Part shown: positions 10,219 to 19,396 of the stretch, piece after piece | Position numbering within the stretch: position 1 is the first letter of the stretch | Layout: each line of letters starts with the position of its first letter | NCBI GenBank assembly: GCA_963741955.1 | Contig: CAVUKB010000005.1 | Coordinates: 768,001 to 832,000, forward strand | DNA from: an uncultured Acidobacteriota bacterium | GTDB lineage: Bacteria; Acidobacteriota; Thermoanaerobaculia; Gp7-AA8 | Direction of reading: 5' to 3' | Length of the DNA stretch: 64,000 nt | Program-made: the position numbers and the translations under genes | Notes under the pieces: generated by a model | Database searches by the model: none | The model's input: the letters and a program-made list of their open reading frames with translations, nothing else | What the model was told of the DNA's origin: nothing

Positions 10219-10394
10219 CCTGCATTTCTCACACCGTCTCGGCGCGAGGAGGCGGAGAGCGCCCTGGATGCAAGGCGCGCGCAGCTTCGGCGACGAAGGC
10301 ATAGTGGTGACTAAGTTGAGGAGCCGAAGCTCTGCGCAACGCAGCAGATAGGCCGCTATCCGTCTCCGCAGCAGCGACGGTGTGAGAAAGCGGG
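10219..10394. mobile_element. MITE-like element, family A (~176 bp)
   Basis: TIR CC(C/T)GCATTTCTCACACC; flanked by CTGG and CTAG; 4 near-full copies in the window. Confidence 0.85.
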
Positions 10395-10431
10395 CTAGTG
10401 GCCGGGGCTCCTCAACATCCACGACCCGCGA

Positions 10432-10809
10432 TCAGAGCTTGACCGCGACCAGGTCGATCTCGACCGGGGCGCCCATCGGGAGCTGAGCGACACCGACCGT
10501 GCTCCGCGCGGGCTTGTGATCTCCGAAATACTCCGCGTAGATTCCGTTGAGTTTCTGGAACTGACCGAGATCGGTGAGATAGACGGTCGCCTTGACCACG
10601 TCATCGAACGAAGCTCCGGCCGAATCGAGCACGGCCCGGAGATTCTCGAACACGCGCCGGACCAGAGATTCGAATTCACCCTCCACCAGCTTTCCGGTCG
10701 CCGGATCGATCGGGATCTGTCCGGATGTATAGATGGTGTTGCCACGACCGACGGCCTGCGAATAGGGTCCGATCGCGCGAGGCGCGTTTTCCGTTGCGAA
10801 ATATTGCAT
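10432..10809 (-). CDS. ridA: RidA/YjgF enamine deaminase
   Basis: APRAIGPYSQAV, SGQIPIDP, KPARSTV. Confidence 0.95.
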   Translation of the reverse strand: MQYFATENAPRAIGPYSQAVGRGNTIYTSGQIPIDPATGKLVEGEFESLVRRVFENLRAVLDSAGASFDDVVKATVYLTDLGQFQKLNGIYAEYFGDHKPARSTVGVAQLPMGAPVEIDLVAVKL

Positions 10810-10877
10810 GAGGAGTTCCCCTTTTGAACGATCTCGGGGGCGAGTATATCTCGCGTTCCGCCGGTTTTACCTTTCGA

Positions 10878-10883
10878 TATAAT
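10878..10883 (+). promoter_or_regulatory. Putative sigma70 -10 box
   Basis: TATAAT 30 bp upstream of ATG 10913 in a GC-rich genome. Confidence 0.4.
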
Positions 10884-10912
10884 CAGGTATTCTCTCGTCC
10901 ACAGGAACGCTT

Positions 10913-13192
10913 ATGGATCCCAACGTGACGTATCCCGGAAATCCAGCACTCGCGCCGGAAGTGAAGGACCGCGTTCTTTCCACTTTCAGACAGACCATCG
11001 ATCTCTTCCGTCGTGGAAGTCTCGATGACGTCCGCGCGGGTTGTCAGCTTCTGATGCAGATGGACCCGCTGTTCGTCCCGGCGAAGAAGCTCCTGCAGGC
11101 GACGAGAGACCCCGACTCGGTGAACATCGAAGAGCTCGCTGCGGCGGCCGTATCACCTGCGCTCGAGGCCGAACTTTCGGAAGCGGAGGATGCCCTCCTC
11201 TCCCGAGATTTTGCCCGCGCCCAGCGGATCGCCGCCGGGGTACTTCAGCGCGACCCCGGAAATGGTGGAGCGGCTCGTGTGGCGGAAGAAGCTCGCGAGA
11301 TGATGGAAGCCGAGCCGTTCGTGAAACAGTTCCTTTCGAACGCCCGGAATCATCTGGTGAATGGCGACAGCGGTGCGGCCCTCGCTGCGCTGGAGAAAGT
11401 GAAATCACTCGATCCGAGCCATCCCGAGATCGCAGAGATCGAGACCGAAGCCGCACAGGGGTCCAGCGGCCTCGGCGCAGACGACTTCTCGAATTCTTCG
11501 TTTGGCTTCGTGACGCCGACGTTCGGCGACGCTGCGGATCCCGTTCCTCCGACTCCGGGCCGGAGTGCCGGCGAAGGGGGTGGCGCAGCTGCCAGTGACG
11601 AGAAGGGATTCGGGTTCATTCCCGAAGCGCAGGCCGAGCATGCCGCGGAGATCGACGTCTCCGGATCGAGCGATTCGTTCGTGGTCGATTCCCAACCCGA
11701 TCCTACCGGCACGACCGGTGCGCCGGCCGCCGAGTTCGGATTCAGCTTCGAAGAAGACCATCAACCAGCAGCTCCCTCCGCGTCTTCCGTCGACGCAGCC
11801 GCGAATGGCTTTTCGTTCGAGGACGCCGCGCCGGAGGAACCTGCTGCCCCGAAGGCCCCGGCCGCACCGCTCGACATGATCGGTGAAGCGCACACGTTCG
11901 ATTTCACCATGGCCGCCGTCGAGACTTCGCCGGAAGACCAGGCGAAGATCCGAACCTATCTCGAGGAAGGAGACAAGGCCTTCGAGAAAGGCGAGCTCCT
12001 CGACGCGATCGACGTCTGGTCGAAGATCTTTCTGATCGACGTCACGAATGAAGACGCATCGGCCCGAATAGAGAAAGCGCGAGGACGCCGGCTCGAACAG
12101 GAGTCGAAGGTCGATGCGCTCCTGAGCGAAGGAATACGCGCGTTCGATGGCCACGACCCGAACGGAGCGAAACAGATCTTCCAGCAGGTGATCGATCTCG
12201 ATTCGACGAATCCGACTGCGCTCGATTACCTGGAAAAGATCCAGCAGTCGGGCGGAGCAATTCCGCCCGTCACCACGCCCCCCTCACCGGCGGCGTCGGA
12301 CGCGCTCTTCGCCGACATCAGGGCAGGAGAGGACGAGGCGATCGCGTCGGAGTTCGCTTCGGCTCCGCCGCCACCCCGTTCCGCGGCGAGGCAGCGTCCC
12401 AGCCCAGCCCCAGCTGCGCCGGGAGGGAAAAAGCTCCCGATGCCGCTTCTCGCGGGTGTGGGAGTCGTCATTCTCCTTCTCGCCGGCTGGTTCGGATATC
12501 AGAAATTCGCCACCCCCGGTGGAGATCCGACTGCAGCCCAGACGGAGTCGATGTTTGCAAAGGCCAGGACCATGGCCTCGCAAGGTGATTTCGACGGAGC
12601 AATACGGCTCCTCAGCGGCGTCGCCCCGGACAATGCGAACCACGACCGCGCCCTCGAAATGATCGCCGACTTCAAGAACAAGAAGGAAGCCGCGTCGAGC
12701 ACGATCGGAGGGCGACCTGCCGACCAGGTATTCCGCGAGCTCGTGGAGCAGGGAAAGACGGCCTACCGTTCGCGCGACTTCCTCGCTGCGAAGGAGGCTT
12801 TCGAGAAGGCGAATGCAATTCGGGCTCTCTCCGCGTCTGACCAGCAGTTGTTCCAGGACGCGAGCGGACGAGTCTCGAAGCTCGACAGTGCCAGGGCTCT
12901 TTTCAAGGAAGGGAACTATGAGGGGGCAATCCTCAATCTCGAGACGCTGAAGAAACAGGATCCGGACAATGCGACGATCGATCGCCTGATCACCGACGCG
13001 CATTACAACCTCGGTGTGAAAGCGCTGCAGGACGAGCGTCTCCCCGATGCGATCACCGAATTCGGAAGCGTCCTGGAGGCGAATCCGAACGACCAGACCG
13101 CACGCCGCAGTCGTGATCTTGCGACCCGCTACGACGGACAACCGCGAGACCTCCTCTACAAGATCTACGTGAAGTACCTGCCGATCCGCTGA
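10913..13192 (+). CDS. Bitopic multi-TPR protein with acidic low-complexity linker
   Basis: TPR-like helices on both sides of one TM (LLAGVGVVILLLAGWFGY); AGGA RBS. Confidence 0.75.
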   Translation: MDPNVTYPGNPALAPEVKDRVLSTFRQTIDLFRRGSLDDVRAGCQLLMQMDPLFVPAKKLLQATRDPDSVNIEELAAAAVSPALEAELSEAEDALLSRDFARAQRIAAGVLQRDPGNGGAARVAEEAREMMEAEPFVKQFLSNARNHLVNGDSGAALAALEKVKSLDPSHPEIAEIETEAAQGSSGLGADDFSNSSFGFVTPTFGDAADPVPPTPGRSAGEGGGAAASDEKGFGFIPEAQAEHAAEIDVSGSSDSFVVDSQPDPTGTTGAPAAEFGFSFEEDHQPAAPSASSVDAAANGFSFEDAAPEEPAAPKAPAAPLDMIGEAHTFDFTMAAVETSPEDQAKIRTYLEEGDKAFEKGELLDAIDVWSKIFLIDVTNEDASARIEKARGRRLEQESKVDALLSEGIRAFDGHDPNGAKQIFQQVIDLDSTNPTALDYLEKIQQSGGAIPPVTTPPSPAASDALFADIRAGEDEAIASEFASAPPPPRSAARQRPSPAPAAPGGKKLPMPLLAGVGVVILLLAGWFGYQKFATPGGDPTAAQTESMFAKARTMASQGDFDGAIRLLSGVAPDNANHDRALEMIADFKNKKEAASSTIGGRPADQVFRELVEQGKTAYRSRDFLAAKEAFEKANAIRALSASDQQLFQDASGRVSKLDSARALFKEGNYEGAILNLETLKKQDPDNATIDRLITDAHYNLGVKALQDERLPDAITEFGSVLEANPNDQTARRSRDLATRYDGQPRDLLYKIYVKYLPIR

Positions 13193-13198
13193 GGTGAG

Positions 13199-13729
13199 AT
13201 GACCCCGAATCGATCGACCCCCGAGGGAGGAGAGGTCCGTTTCGAAGAAATGGAGCTCACTCCCGGGCCCTCTCTTCCCGGAATCTCCACGGCGCCGGCC
13301 ACCACGACTCCTACCCGGATCGCATCCCGCTGGCGACGCCTCCTCGCCACCGCGACCGACCTCTCGCTGTTCCTCGCCCTCGCGCTGGCGATGACTCCAC
13401 TGATTCAGCAACGAGGTTCGATCGCTGCGACGTTCCGCGGTGAGGCGCTGGCGATCGCGGGAGTGGTCGGATTTCTTCTCGTCCTCTCCTACTACTACTT
13501 CGTCGGTGGATGGCTGGTGTGGGGAAAGACGGTCGGAGGAGCCATCTTTGATCTCGAGATCGAGCGGGACGAGGGAACGAAGCTCGACATCCGCGCCGCG
13601 AACTGGCGTTGGACGGGACTGATGCTCTCCCTTCTCACTGGCGGGATCGGATTCGCGGTCGGGATTCTCCCCGGTGGCCGCACCCTGGCGGACCGCCTCT
13701 CTCACTCGTGCCCTGTGCGGGCATTCTGA
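13199..13729 (+). CDS. RDD family membrane protein
   Basis: ASRWRRLLATATD, GKTVG, TLADRLS. Confidence 0.85.
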   Translation: MTPNRSTPEGGEVRFEEMELTPGPSLPGISTAPATTTPTRIASRWRRLLATATDLSLFLALALAMTPLIQQRGSIAATFRGEALAIAGVVGFLLVLSYYYFVGGWLVWGKTVGGAIFDLEIERDEGTKLDIRAANWRWTGLMLSLLTGGIGFAVGILPGGRTLADRLSHSCPVRAF

Positions 13730-13748
13730 GAGAGCGCACTCTTCGCGA

Positions 13749-13840
13749 CCTCGGGGTTCTCGCACTCTCTCCGCTGCGGAGGCGCCTCCTCCGGGACCGC
13801 TCTCCACATCCTCGCTGCGGAACGGTGCGAGAAGTCCGGG
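13749..13840. mobile_element. Degenerate family-A-like element
   Basis: Right end GGTGCGAGAAGTCCGGG with a degenerate left IR; joined to the next element by CCGG. Confidence 0.4.
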
Positions 13841-13844
13841 CCGG

Positions 13845-14021
13845 CCCGCATTTCTCACACCATCTCGTCGCGAGGAGGCGGAGAGTGGCCTGGATGCAAG
13901 GCGTGCCTCGCTTCGGCGACGAAGGCATAGTGGTGACTATGTCGAGTCGCCGGAGCGGGGCTCAACGCAGCAGACAGGCCGCTATCCGGCTCCGCAGCAG
14001 AGATGGTGTGAGAAATGCGGG
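13845..14021. mobile_element. MITE-like element, family A (177 bp)
   Basis: Perfect 22-bp TIR CCCGCATTTCTCACACCATCTC; flanked by CCGG and CCAG. Confidence 0.85.
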
Positions 14022-14025
14022 CCAG

Positions 14026-14094
14026 GAGTCTGCGCGGTAGAAACGTCCGTAGCGAGAAAGCGGAGCAGCAGGACAGTTTCTACGGCGCAGACTC
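14026..14094. mobile_element. MITE-like element, family B, internally deleted (69 bp)
   Basis: Both TIRs retained; about 90 bp missing relative to the 10056 copy. Confidence 0.75.
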
Positions 14095-14111
14095 CTCGTC
14101 TGCTCATTCCC

Positions 14112-14531
14112 TCAGAACCGCGGGAACCACTGGTACAGAAAGAAGTAGACCAGCACCCCGGTCACCGAGACGTAGCCCCAGATCGGGAGAGTCCAGCGGG
14201 CGAGCCGTCGGTGGAGGGCGAACCTTCCCTTCAAAGCGCGAAAGAGTGTGAATCCCACCAGCGGAACGATCGCAGCGGCGAGGATGGTGTGGGACGTGAG
14301 GATCGAGAAATAGAGGGGGCGGCTCCAGCCGCTTCCGGCGAACTTCGTCACGCCGGCCTGCGAGTGGTAGAGGAGATACGAAACCAGAAAAACGAGCGAA
14401 GTCGCGCAGGCGGCGAGCATCGCCGCGCGGTGGGCCCGGATCGCTCGTCGCCGGATCAGGACGAACCCGCCGACGAGTAACACGGCACTCAGGCCGTTGA
14501 GCGTTGCGTTGAGCGCAGGCCAGGTCTGCAT
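14112..14531 (-). CDS. DUF420 membrane protein
   Basis: PALNATLN, HRAAM, HRRLARWTLPIWGYVSVTG. Confidence 0.9.
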   Translation of the reverse strand: MQTWPALNATLNGLSAVLLVGGFVLIRRRAIRAHRAAMLAACATSLVFLVSYLLYHSQAGVTKFAGSGWSRPLYFSILTSHTILAAAIVPLVGFTLFRALKGRFALHRRLARWTLPIWGYVSVTGVLVYFFLYQWFPRF

Positions 14532-14535
14532 CGGT

Positions 14536-15162
14536 TCACTTCCCGGCGACCAGGCTGGCGATGTCACGGATCAGCTTCGCCTCCGAATCGTCGGACATGG
14601 AATCATAGTACCCGCGAATCTCTCCCTGTCGATCCGCGAGTACGAATCGCGTGCTGTGGACGATCGGTTGTCCTGCTCCCCCTCCCTGCACGGCGCCGAG
14701 CTTGAAGTCTTTCGAGGACGCGAGATGAATCGCCTCCCGGTCTCCGGTCAGGAACAGCCATCTCGGATCGTCCGCGTGCATGATCCGGGCGTACCGCGTG
14801 AGCACCTTCGGCGTGTCGTAGTCCGGGTCCACGGTGATCGAGACGAACCTGACGTCCGCGGATCCGACCTTCGAAGCGAGCCGCTTCATCGCATTGGTCA
14901 TGATCGGACAGGGACCCCCGCAACGGGTGAAGATGAAATCGTAGACCACGACGGAGCCGCGGAGATCGCGCAGATTCAAACTCTTCCCGTGCCGCGATAC
15001 GAGCGAGAGGTCCGGCACGGGGTAGAGCTGCGGGAGAGGCGGCTGTTGGCGGCAGGAGACCAGCAGCAGGGAAACGAGAACGGCGGAAACGAAAGTCAGT
15101 GCAATGGACTTGCTTTTCATCGGCTTCTTGGGCTTCCTGGGCTTCTTGCCGGAACCGGACAT
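14536..15162 (-). CDS. SCO family copper chaperone
   Basis: FTRCGGPCP (CxxxC), TVDPDYDT, IVHST; start placed behind a GGAG RBS. Confidence 0.9.
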   Translation of the reverse strand: MSGSGKKPRKPKKPMKSKSIALTFVSAVLVSLLLVSCRQQPPLPQLYPVPDLSLVSRHGKSLNLRDLRGSVVVYDFIFTRCGGPCPIMTNAMKRLASKVGSADVRFVSITVDPDYDTPKVLTRYARIMHADDPRWLFLTGDREAIHLASSKDFKLGAVQGGGAGQPIVHSTRFVLADRQGEIRGYYDSMSDDSEAKLIRDIASLVAGK

Positions 15163-15236
15163 CGCGCTCCGGCTCCAGTTCCTGGACGCGCAGGCGCTCG
15201 ATGATTCGGCGCCGCGGTGATCAATCAACGGATCAA

Positions 15237-16157
15237 TCAATGGATGCCGGCGCTGATCACGAGCATCGACATCACGACCACCAGATAGAGATTCGACACG
15301 CCGAACAGCATGCGTGCCGACCGGATACTTCGGGTACGAAGAAACGAAAGTGAAGCGAGCAGCAGCATCGCTCCGACGATGGCGGCACCGACCAGGTAGT
15401 CGAGCCCCGCCACTCGGGCGAGAGTCGGAAGAAGGCTTACCGGAAGGAGCGCGAGCGAGAAGACGAACGCCTGACGGCTGCTGAGCGTCCCGTCGCGATC
15501 GTTCACCGAGATGATCGCGAATCCAGCCCTCCCGTAGTCTTCGCGGTAAAGCCATGCGATGGCGAGAAAGTGCGGGAGCTGCCAGAGAAACATCAGACCG
15601 AACAGGATCCACGCGCCGAGATCCAGATGCCCCACGGCTCCGGCCCAGCCGATCATCGGAGGAATCGCACCCGGAACCGCGCCGATCACCGTGCAGAGAT
15701 CGGTCTTCTGCTTGAGCGGAGTGTAAATGAACAGATAGCTCGCCAGGGTTGCGAACGTCAGGATCGACGCCAGCGGGTTCACCACGAACCAGAGCCAGAC
15801 CACGCCGATCACCGAGATCGCGACCGAGAACCGCAGTGCCGCACGCTCGGTCATCCTGGAGCCCGGCAGAGGGCGTCTACGGGTCCGCTTCATCAGCGAA
15901 TCGAGATGCCTCTCCATGTACTGGTTCAGTGCGTTGGTGCCACCGGCCACCAGGGCCGTTCCGAAGAGAGTGGAAAGGAGGGTCAGGGCATCGAATCCAC
16001 CCGGGCTTGCGATGTAGAAACCGGCCGCAGTGGTGATCAGAATCATCACCACGATGCGCGCTTTCGTCAGTACGAGATAGGCGCCGATGGTCTCTTTCAA
16101 TCCGTTCCTGCTCCCCTCTGTCTCTCTCGGCTCAGGCAATGGCCTCTCCCCCTGCAA
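15237..16157 (-). CDS. ctaB: Protoheme IX farnesyltransferase (heme O synthase)
   Basis: NQYMERHLDSLMKRTRRRPLP, YTPLK, WQLPHF. Confidence 0.95.
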   Translation of the reverse strand: MQGERPLPEPRETEGSRNGLKETIGAYLVLTKARIVVMILITTAAGFYIASPGGFDALTLLSTLFGTALVAGGTNALNQYMERHLDSLMKRTRRRPLPGSRMTERAALRFSVAISVIGVVWLWFVVNPLASILTFATLASYLFIYTPLKQKTDLCTVIGAVPGAIPPMIGWAGAVGHLDLGAWILFGLMFLWQLPHFLAIAWLYREDYGRAGFAIISVNDRDGTLSSRQAFVFSLALLPVSLLPTLARVAGLDYLVGAAIVGAMLLLASLSFLRTRSIRSARMLFGVSNLYLVVVMSMLVISAGIH

Positions 16158-17082
16158 TCACCATCCCGCGCTCTCTCGCCCGGGCGCGCACCACGTGCGC
16201 TGAGAGGGCGAACACGACGGTCGTGGCAAATGTGAGTGCTCCGGTGACGACGTGGAAACTGGTGATGACCGGCTGTTTCGAGCTCCAGACCGTGACCGCT
16301 CCGAGTGAGATCTGGAGAGTCACCAGGACTATGAGGAACGCGTAGATACGCCCGACCCGCCGGTCCGCTCGTCTCAGAATCCATGGCCCCATCGCGTAGA
16401 TCACCAGACCCAGGAGCACGCCCCATGTCCGATGCGCGAAATTCACCGCGATTGCGGTGCTGGTGAAGTCCGGAACCAGGTGTCCGAAAGAGAGTGGGAA
16501 ATCAGGGATGGCCAGCCCTGCGCCGATATGGCGCATCACCGCGCCGATCAGAATCTGCACGTACACCGCGCCGACGAGGAGTTTCCCGATCCCGGCGAGA
16601 TCGAGCGACCCTTCGGCGACATCGCCAGAGAGCCGGAGGTAGAACCGTGAAGTGAAGAAGGCGATGCTGACATTGATCGAAAGAAAGATCTCGGCGAGCC
16701 CGGCGTGGGCGACCGAGATCGAAGGGGGAAGGAGGAACAGGACGGTCAGCCCTCCGAGGAGCCCCTGCGCGACGACCGCGCCTACCGCCGTCCATCCGAG
16801 AATCCGGACCACCCGCTTCGGCTCCCGCATCTGCAGCCACACGGCCTGGACCATGGTCAGAAAGCCGACGCTCGCCGCGATCATCCGATGACCGTGCTCG
16901 TAGAAGATCCCGCCCACCATCGGGGGGAAGACCATACCGAACGACAGCGGCCAGTCCGGGACGGAGAGTCCGGAAGCGGTACTCGTCACCATCGCGCCGG
17001 CGAAGACGAGAAAGAGCGTCGAGAACGCCGTCAGCTTGGTGTAGCGGCGAAGCCAGTCAGGAGTGGCGGGAATCATCGACAT
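16132..17082 (-). CDS. ctaA: Heme A synthase (COX15/CtaA)
   Basis: SGLSVPDWP, YEHGHR, NFAHR. Confidence 0.9.
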   Translation of the reverse strand: MSMIPATPDWLRRYTKLTAFSTLFLVFAGAMVTSTASGLSVPDWPLSFGMVFPPMVGGIFYEHGHRMIAASVGFLTMVQAVWLQMREPKRVVRILGWTAVGAVVAQGLLGGLTVLFLLPPSISVAHAGLAEIFLSINVSIAFFTSRFYLRLSGDVAEGSLDLAGIGKLLVGAVYVQILIGAVMRHIGAGLAIPDFPLSFGHLVPDFTSTAIAVNFAHRTWGVLLGLVIYAMGPWILRRADRRVGRIYAFLIVLVTLQISLGAVTVWSSKQPVITSFHVVTGALTFATTVVFALSAHVVRARARERGMVIAGGEAIA

Positions 17083-17303
17083 CAGTTGTAGATCTCGGCA
17101 GCCACAGATCGCATGCGGCCGGGGCGTTTCCCTGTCGCGAGCCTCTTCGCGCCAGGTTCGATCGGGGAGTCGTCTTGTCCTGCAAAGCTCCGGAGAGCGA
17201 TATACCCTTCATAGCCTGCCAAAATTCCCCGGCCGGCCGCGGCGCTTCCGTCACCGCGCCGGCGAGAGTGTCGAAAAGATTCGGATTCGTGCTGCGCTCC
17301 CGG

Positions 17304-17463
17304 GAGTCTGCGCGGTAGAAACTCTCCTGCTGCGAAGGCCGATCGGCGGTCCGGATCCGCCCGGATTTTCGGCGATTAGCCACCGCTACGAGCCTCGGGT
17401 TCCGAACGAATCCGGCCTCGCTGCTCCGCTTTCTCGCTACGGACGTTTCGACCCTGCAGACTC
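17304..17463. mobile_element. MITE-like element, family B (160 bp, inverted orientation)
   Basis: Reverse-complement homolog of 10056-10214; flanked by CCGG and CTGG. Confidence 0.8.
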
Positions 17464-17546
17464 CTGGGCCCGGCTTCTTGCAAGATCCGCACTCATCCCC
17501 CTTCCCGCTGCTTCGGATGAGTACGCGTGATTCCCTTCTGGACACT

Positions 17547-19010
17547 CTACGACCCCCCTTCGCCTGGTTTCATCGCGAAGACGACCCCGAGCGGGCCGGC
17601 CCTCTGAATCGGCTTGATCCTGAACTCACGCGCGAGAACGGCGAATTCGGGAGACTGTATCTCCCCCACCCATACGAAGGAGCCGAGAGATCTCAGAGCC
17701 TCACTCTCCTTGCGGAGATCCCTCGCCGGCTCGACGGCCCGCCACCCCGGATGGTGGGCCTGTGACGCCGGAAACGGGATCACCAACGGATCCCAGGTGC
17801 GATTCTCCAGCATCACCACCTCGAGGTAAACGAGCCCACTGGTGACGATCGGCACGCGAGCGGGAACGTTCTCCCGGACATACAGCGCAGCCGCTTCGTA
17901 GGGATCGGGTGGCGCCGAAGCCTGAGAGAGAATCATCGACGCACAGGCCAGCACCCCGACGGCGGTGGCGGTCCCGAAGAGCACGGCCCGACCCGGCCAT
18001 TTCCACTGAGCCACGCCTTCACCCATCCAGAGAACGAAGGGCACCGTCAGAACGGACTCGAATCGCATCGGGAAGTAGACCGGCTTTCCTGCGAGAGAGA
18101 AGCCGACCACGACCAGCGAGGGAAACAGCACCACCGCCGCGAAGCGCCGGCCGCGGGGACTCGCCAATCCCGCAGCGGCCATCAGCGCAACCACCAGGAT
18201 GGAGATCACACGCAGGACGACCGGCGCATCGAACAGAACGTAGGAGGGATATTTCGCGGCAAACCCGAGTTGTGTCGCGATCGATGCGGCAACCGCCGAT
18301 GGCGAGGCGGGAGCGCCGGCCGCCATCCACGCGATCGCCTCTCGTGGCTGAGACCACGCGAGCCAGAAACCGGGAATGTAGAGAATTCCGGCGGCCACTC
18401 CCGCCACGGCGCCACGCAGCGCCTCCCGCCAGCGGGCTTCCACGGCCGCCATGATCGCCGGCAACGGAAGAAAAAGAACTCCGTAATCGTGCGTCCATGC
18501 CGCGACGAGAAACGCGAGCATCGACAACCAGAGGAAACGCCCCCCGCCGTCGGTCAGCCATCGGTCCGCCGCCAGGACTCCCACTCCCACCAGGCTGAGG
18601 CAAAGTGCATACGCGCGTGCTTCGGTGGTGTAGTAGAAGTTCGCCGGGACGACGACCAGAAGCACTGCTGCGGCGAACCTCCATCTGCCGAGCCACTGGC
18701 CCCGGAGGATCACGAACAGTGGGACCATCCCGACCGCGATCGAGAATGCGCGGAGAGTCTGCACCGGCACTGCGGAAAGCGGAACGAGCAGGTGAGCGAT
18801 GAGATAGTAAAGGGGTGGCCCCGAATCCCGCATCAGCTGCGCGAAGAGCCGCGGGAGCGGCAGCAATGCAGCCCAGACCGTGAACTTCTCGTCGAAGAAC
18901 GGGCGGCGCGCCAGGGCGAACACTCCCCGCAGGAGGAGATCACTGGTGAGGACGGCGATGAAGATCGGGATCCGACGTCGGACGGGTTCGTCGACTGCCG
19001 GAACGTTCAC
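17547..19010 (-). CDS. GT-C fold membrane glycosyltransferase (GT39/PMT-like)
   Basis: FFDE, DSGPPLYY, EARAYA motifs; many TM segments. Confidence 0.75.
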   Translation of the reverse strand: MNVPAVDEPVRRRIPIFIAVLTSDLLLRGVFALARRPFFDEKFTVWAALLPLPRLFAQLMRDSGPPLYYLIAHLLVPLSAVPVQTLRAFSIAVGMVPLFVILRGQWLGRWRFAAAVLLVVVPANFYYTTEARAYALCLSLVGVGVLAADRWLTDGGGRFLWLSMLAFLVAAWTHDYGVLFLPLPAIMAAVEARWREALRGAVAGVAAGILYIPGFWLAWSQPREAIAWMAAGAPASPSAVAASIATQLGFAAKYPSYVLFDAPVVLRVISILVVALMAAAGLASPRGRRFAAVVLFPSLVVVGFSLAGKPVYFPMRFESVLTVPFVLWMGEGVAQWKWPGRAVLFGTATAVGVLACASMILSQASAPPDPYEAAALYVRENVPARVPIVTSGLVYLEVVMLENRTWDPLVIPFPASQAHHPGWRAVEPARDLRKESEALRSLGSFVWVGEIQSPEFAVLAREFRIKPIQRAGPLGVVFAMKPGEGGS

Positions 19011-19381
19011 GCAGTGAGGAGCTCCGTGATCGTCTTGATCAGGTGAGAAGACTGGATCGGCTTCGAGATATAGGCATTCGCGCCGAGCGCCAGTCCGCGC
19101 TCGCGATCCTCTTCCGCCCCTTCGGTGGTGATGATGATGATCGGGATCTCTTTCAGCTGTGCGTTCTGGCGCACCAGAGAGACGAGCTTCAGCCCGTCCA
19201 TCACCGGCATGTTGATGTCGGTCAGGATCAGATCGATGTTCTCGCCCGAGAGTTTCTTGAGCGCATCGACACCGTCGACCGCTTCAATGATGCGGGAGTT
19301 CTTGAATCTCTTCAAAGAGAAAGAGATCAACTGCCGCATGGTGGGCGAGTCTTCAACGACCAGAAAAGTGGCATTCTCCAT
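19007..19381 (-). CDS. cheY: CheY-like response regulator
   Basis: VEDS, TDINMPVMDG, KP. Confidence 0.9.
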   Translation of the reverse strand: MENATFLVVEDSPTMRQLISFSLKRFKNSRIIEAVDGVDALKKLSGENIDLILTDINMPVMDGLKLVSLVRQNAQLKEIPIIIITTEGAEEDRERGLALGANAYISKPIQSSHLIKTITELLTA

Positions 19382-19396
19382 CCGTCAGGCATCCGT

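Noticed and set aside
10114-10422. Recurrent small ORFs MPSSPK...CEKCG and ...LLKFGPL (also 13635, 46476, 46759, 48689, 56918)
   Set aside because: They are read-throughs of repeat families A, B and C; start, stop and frame differ between copies.
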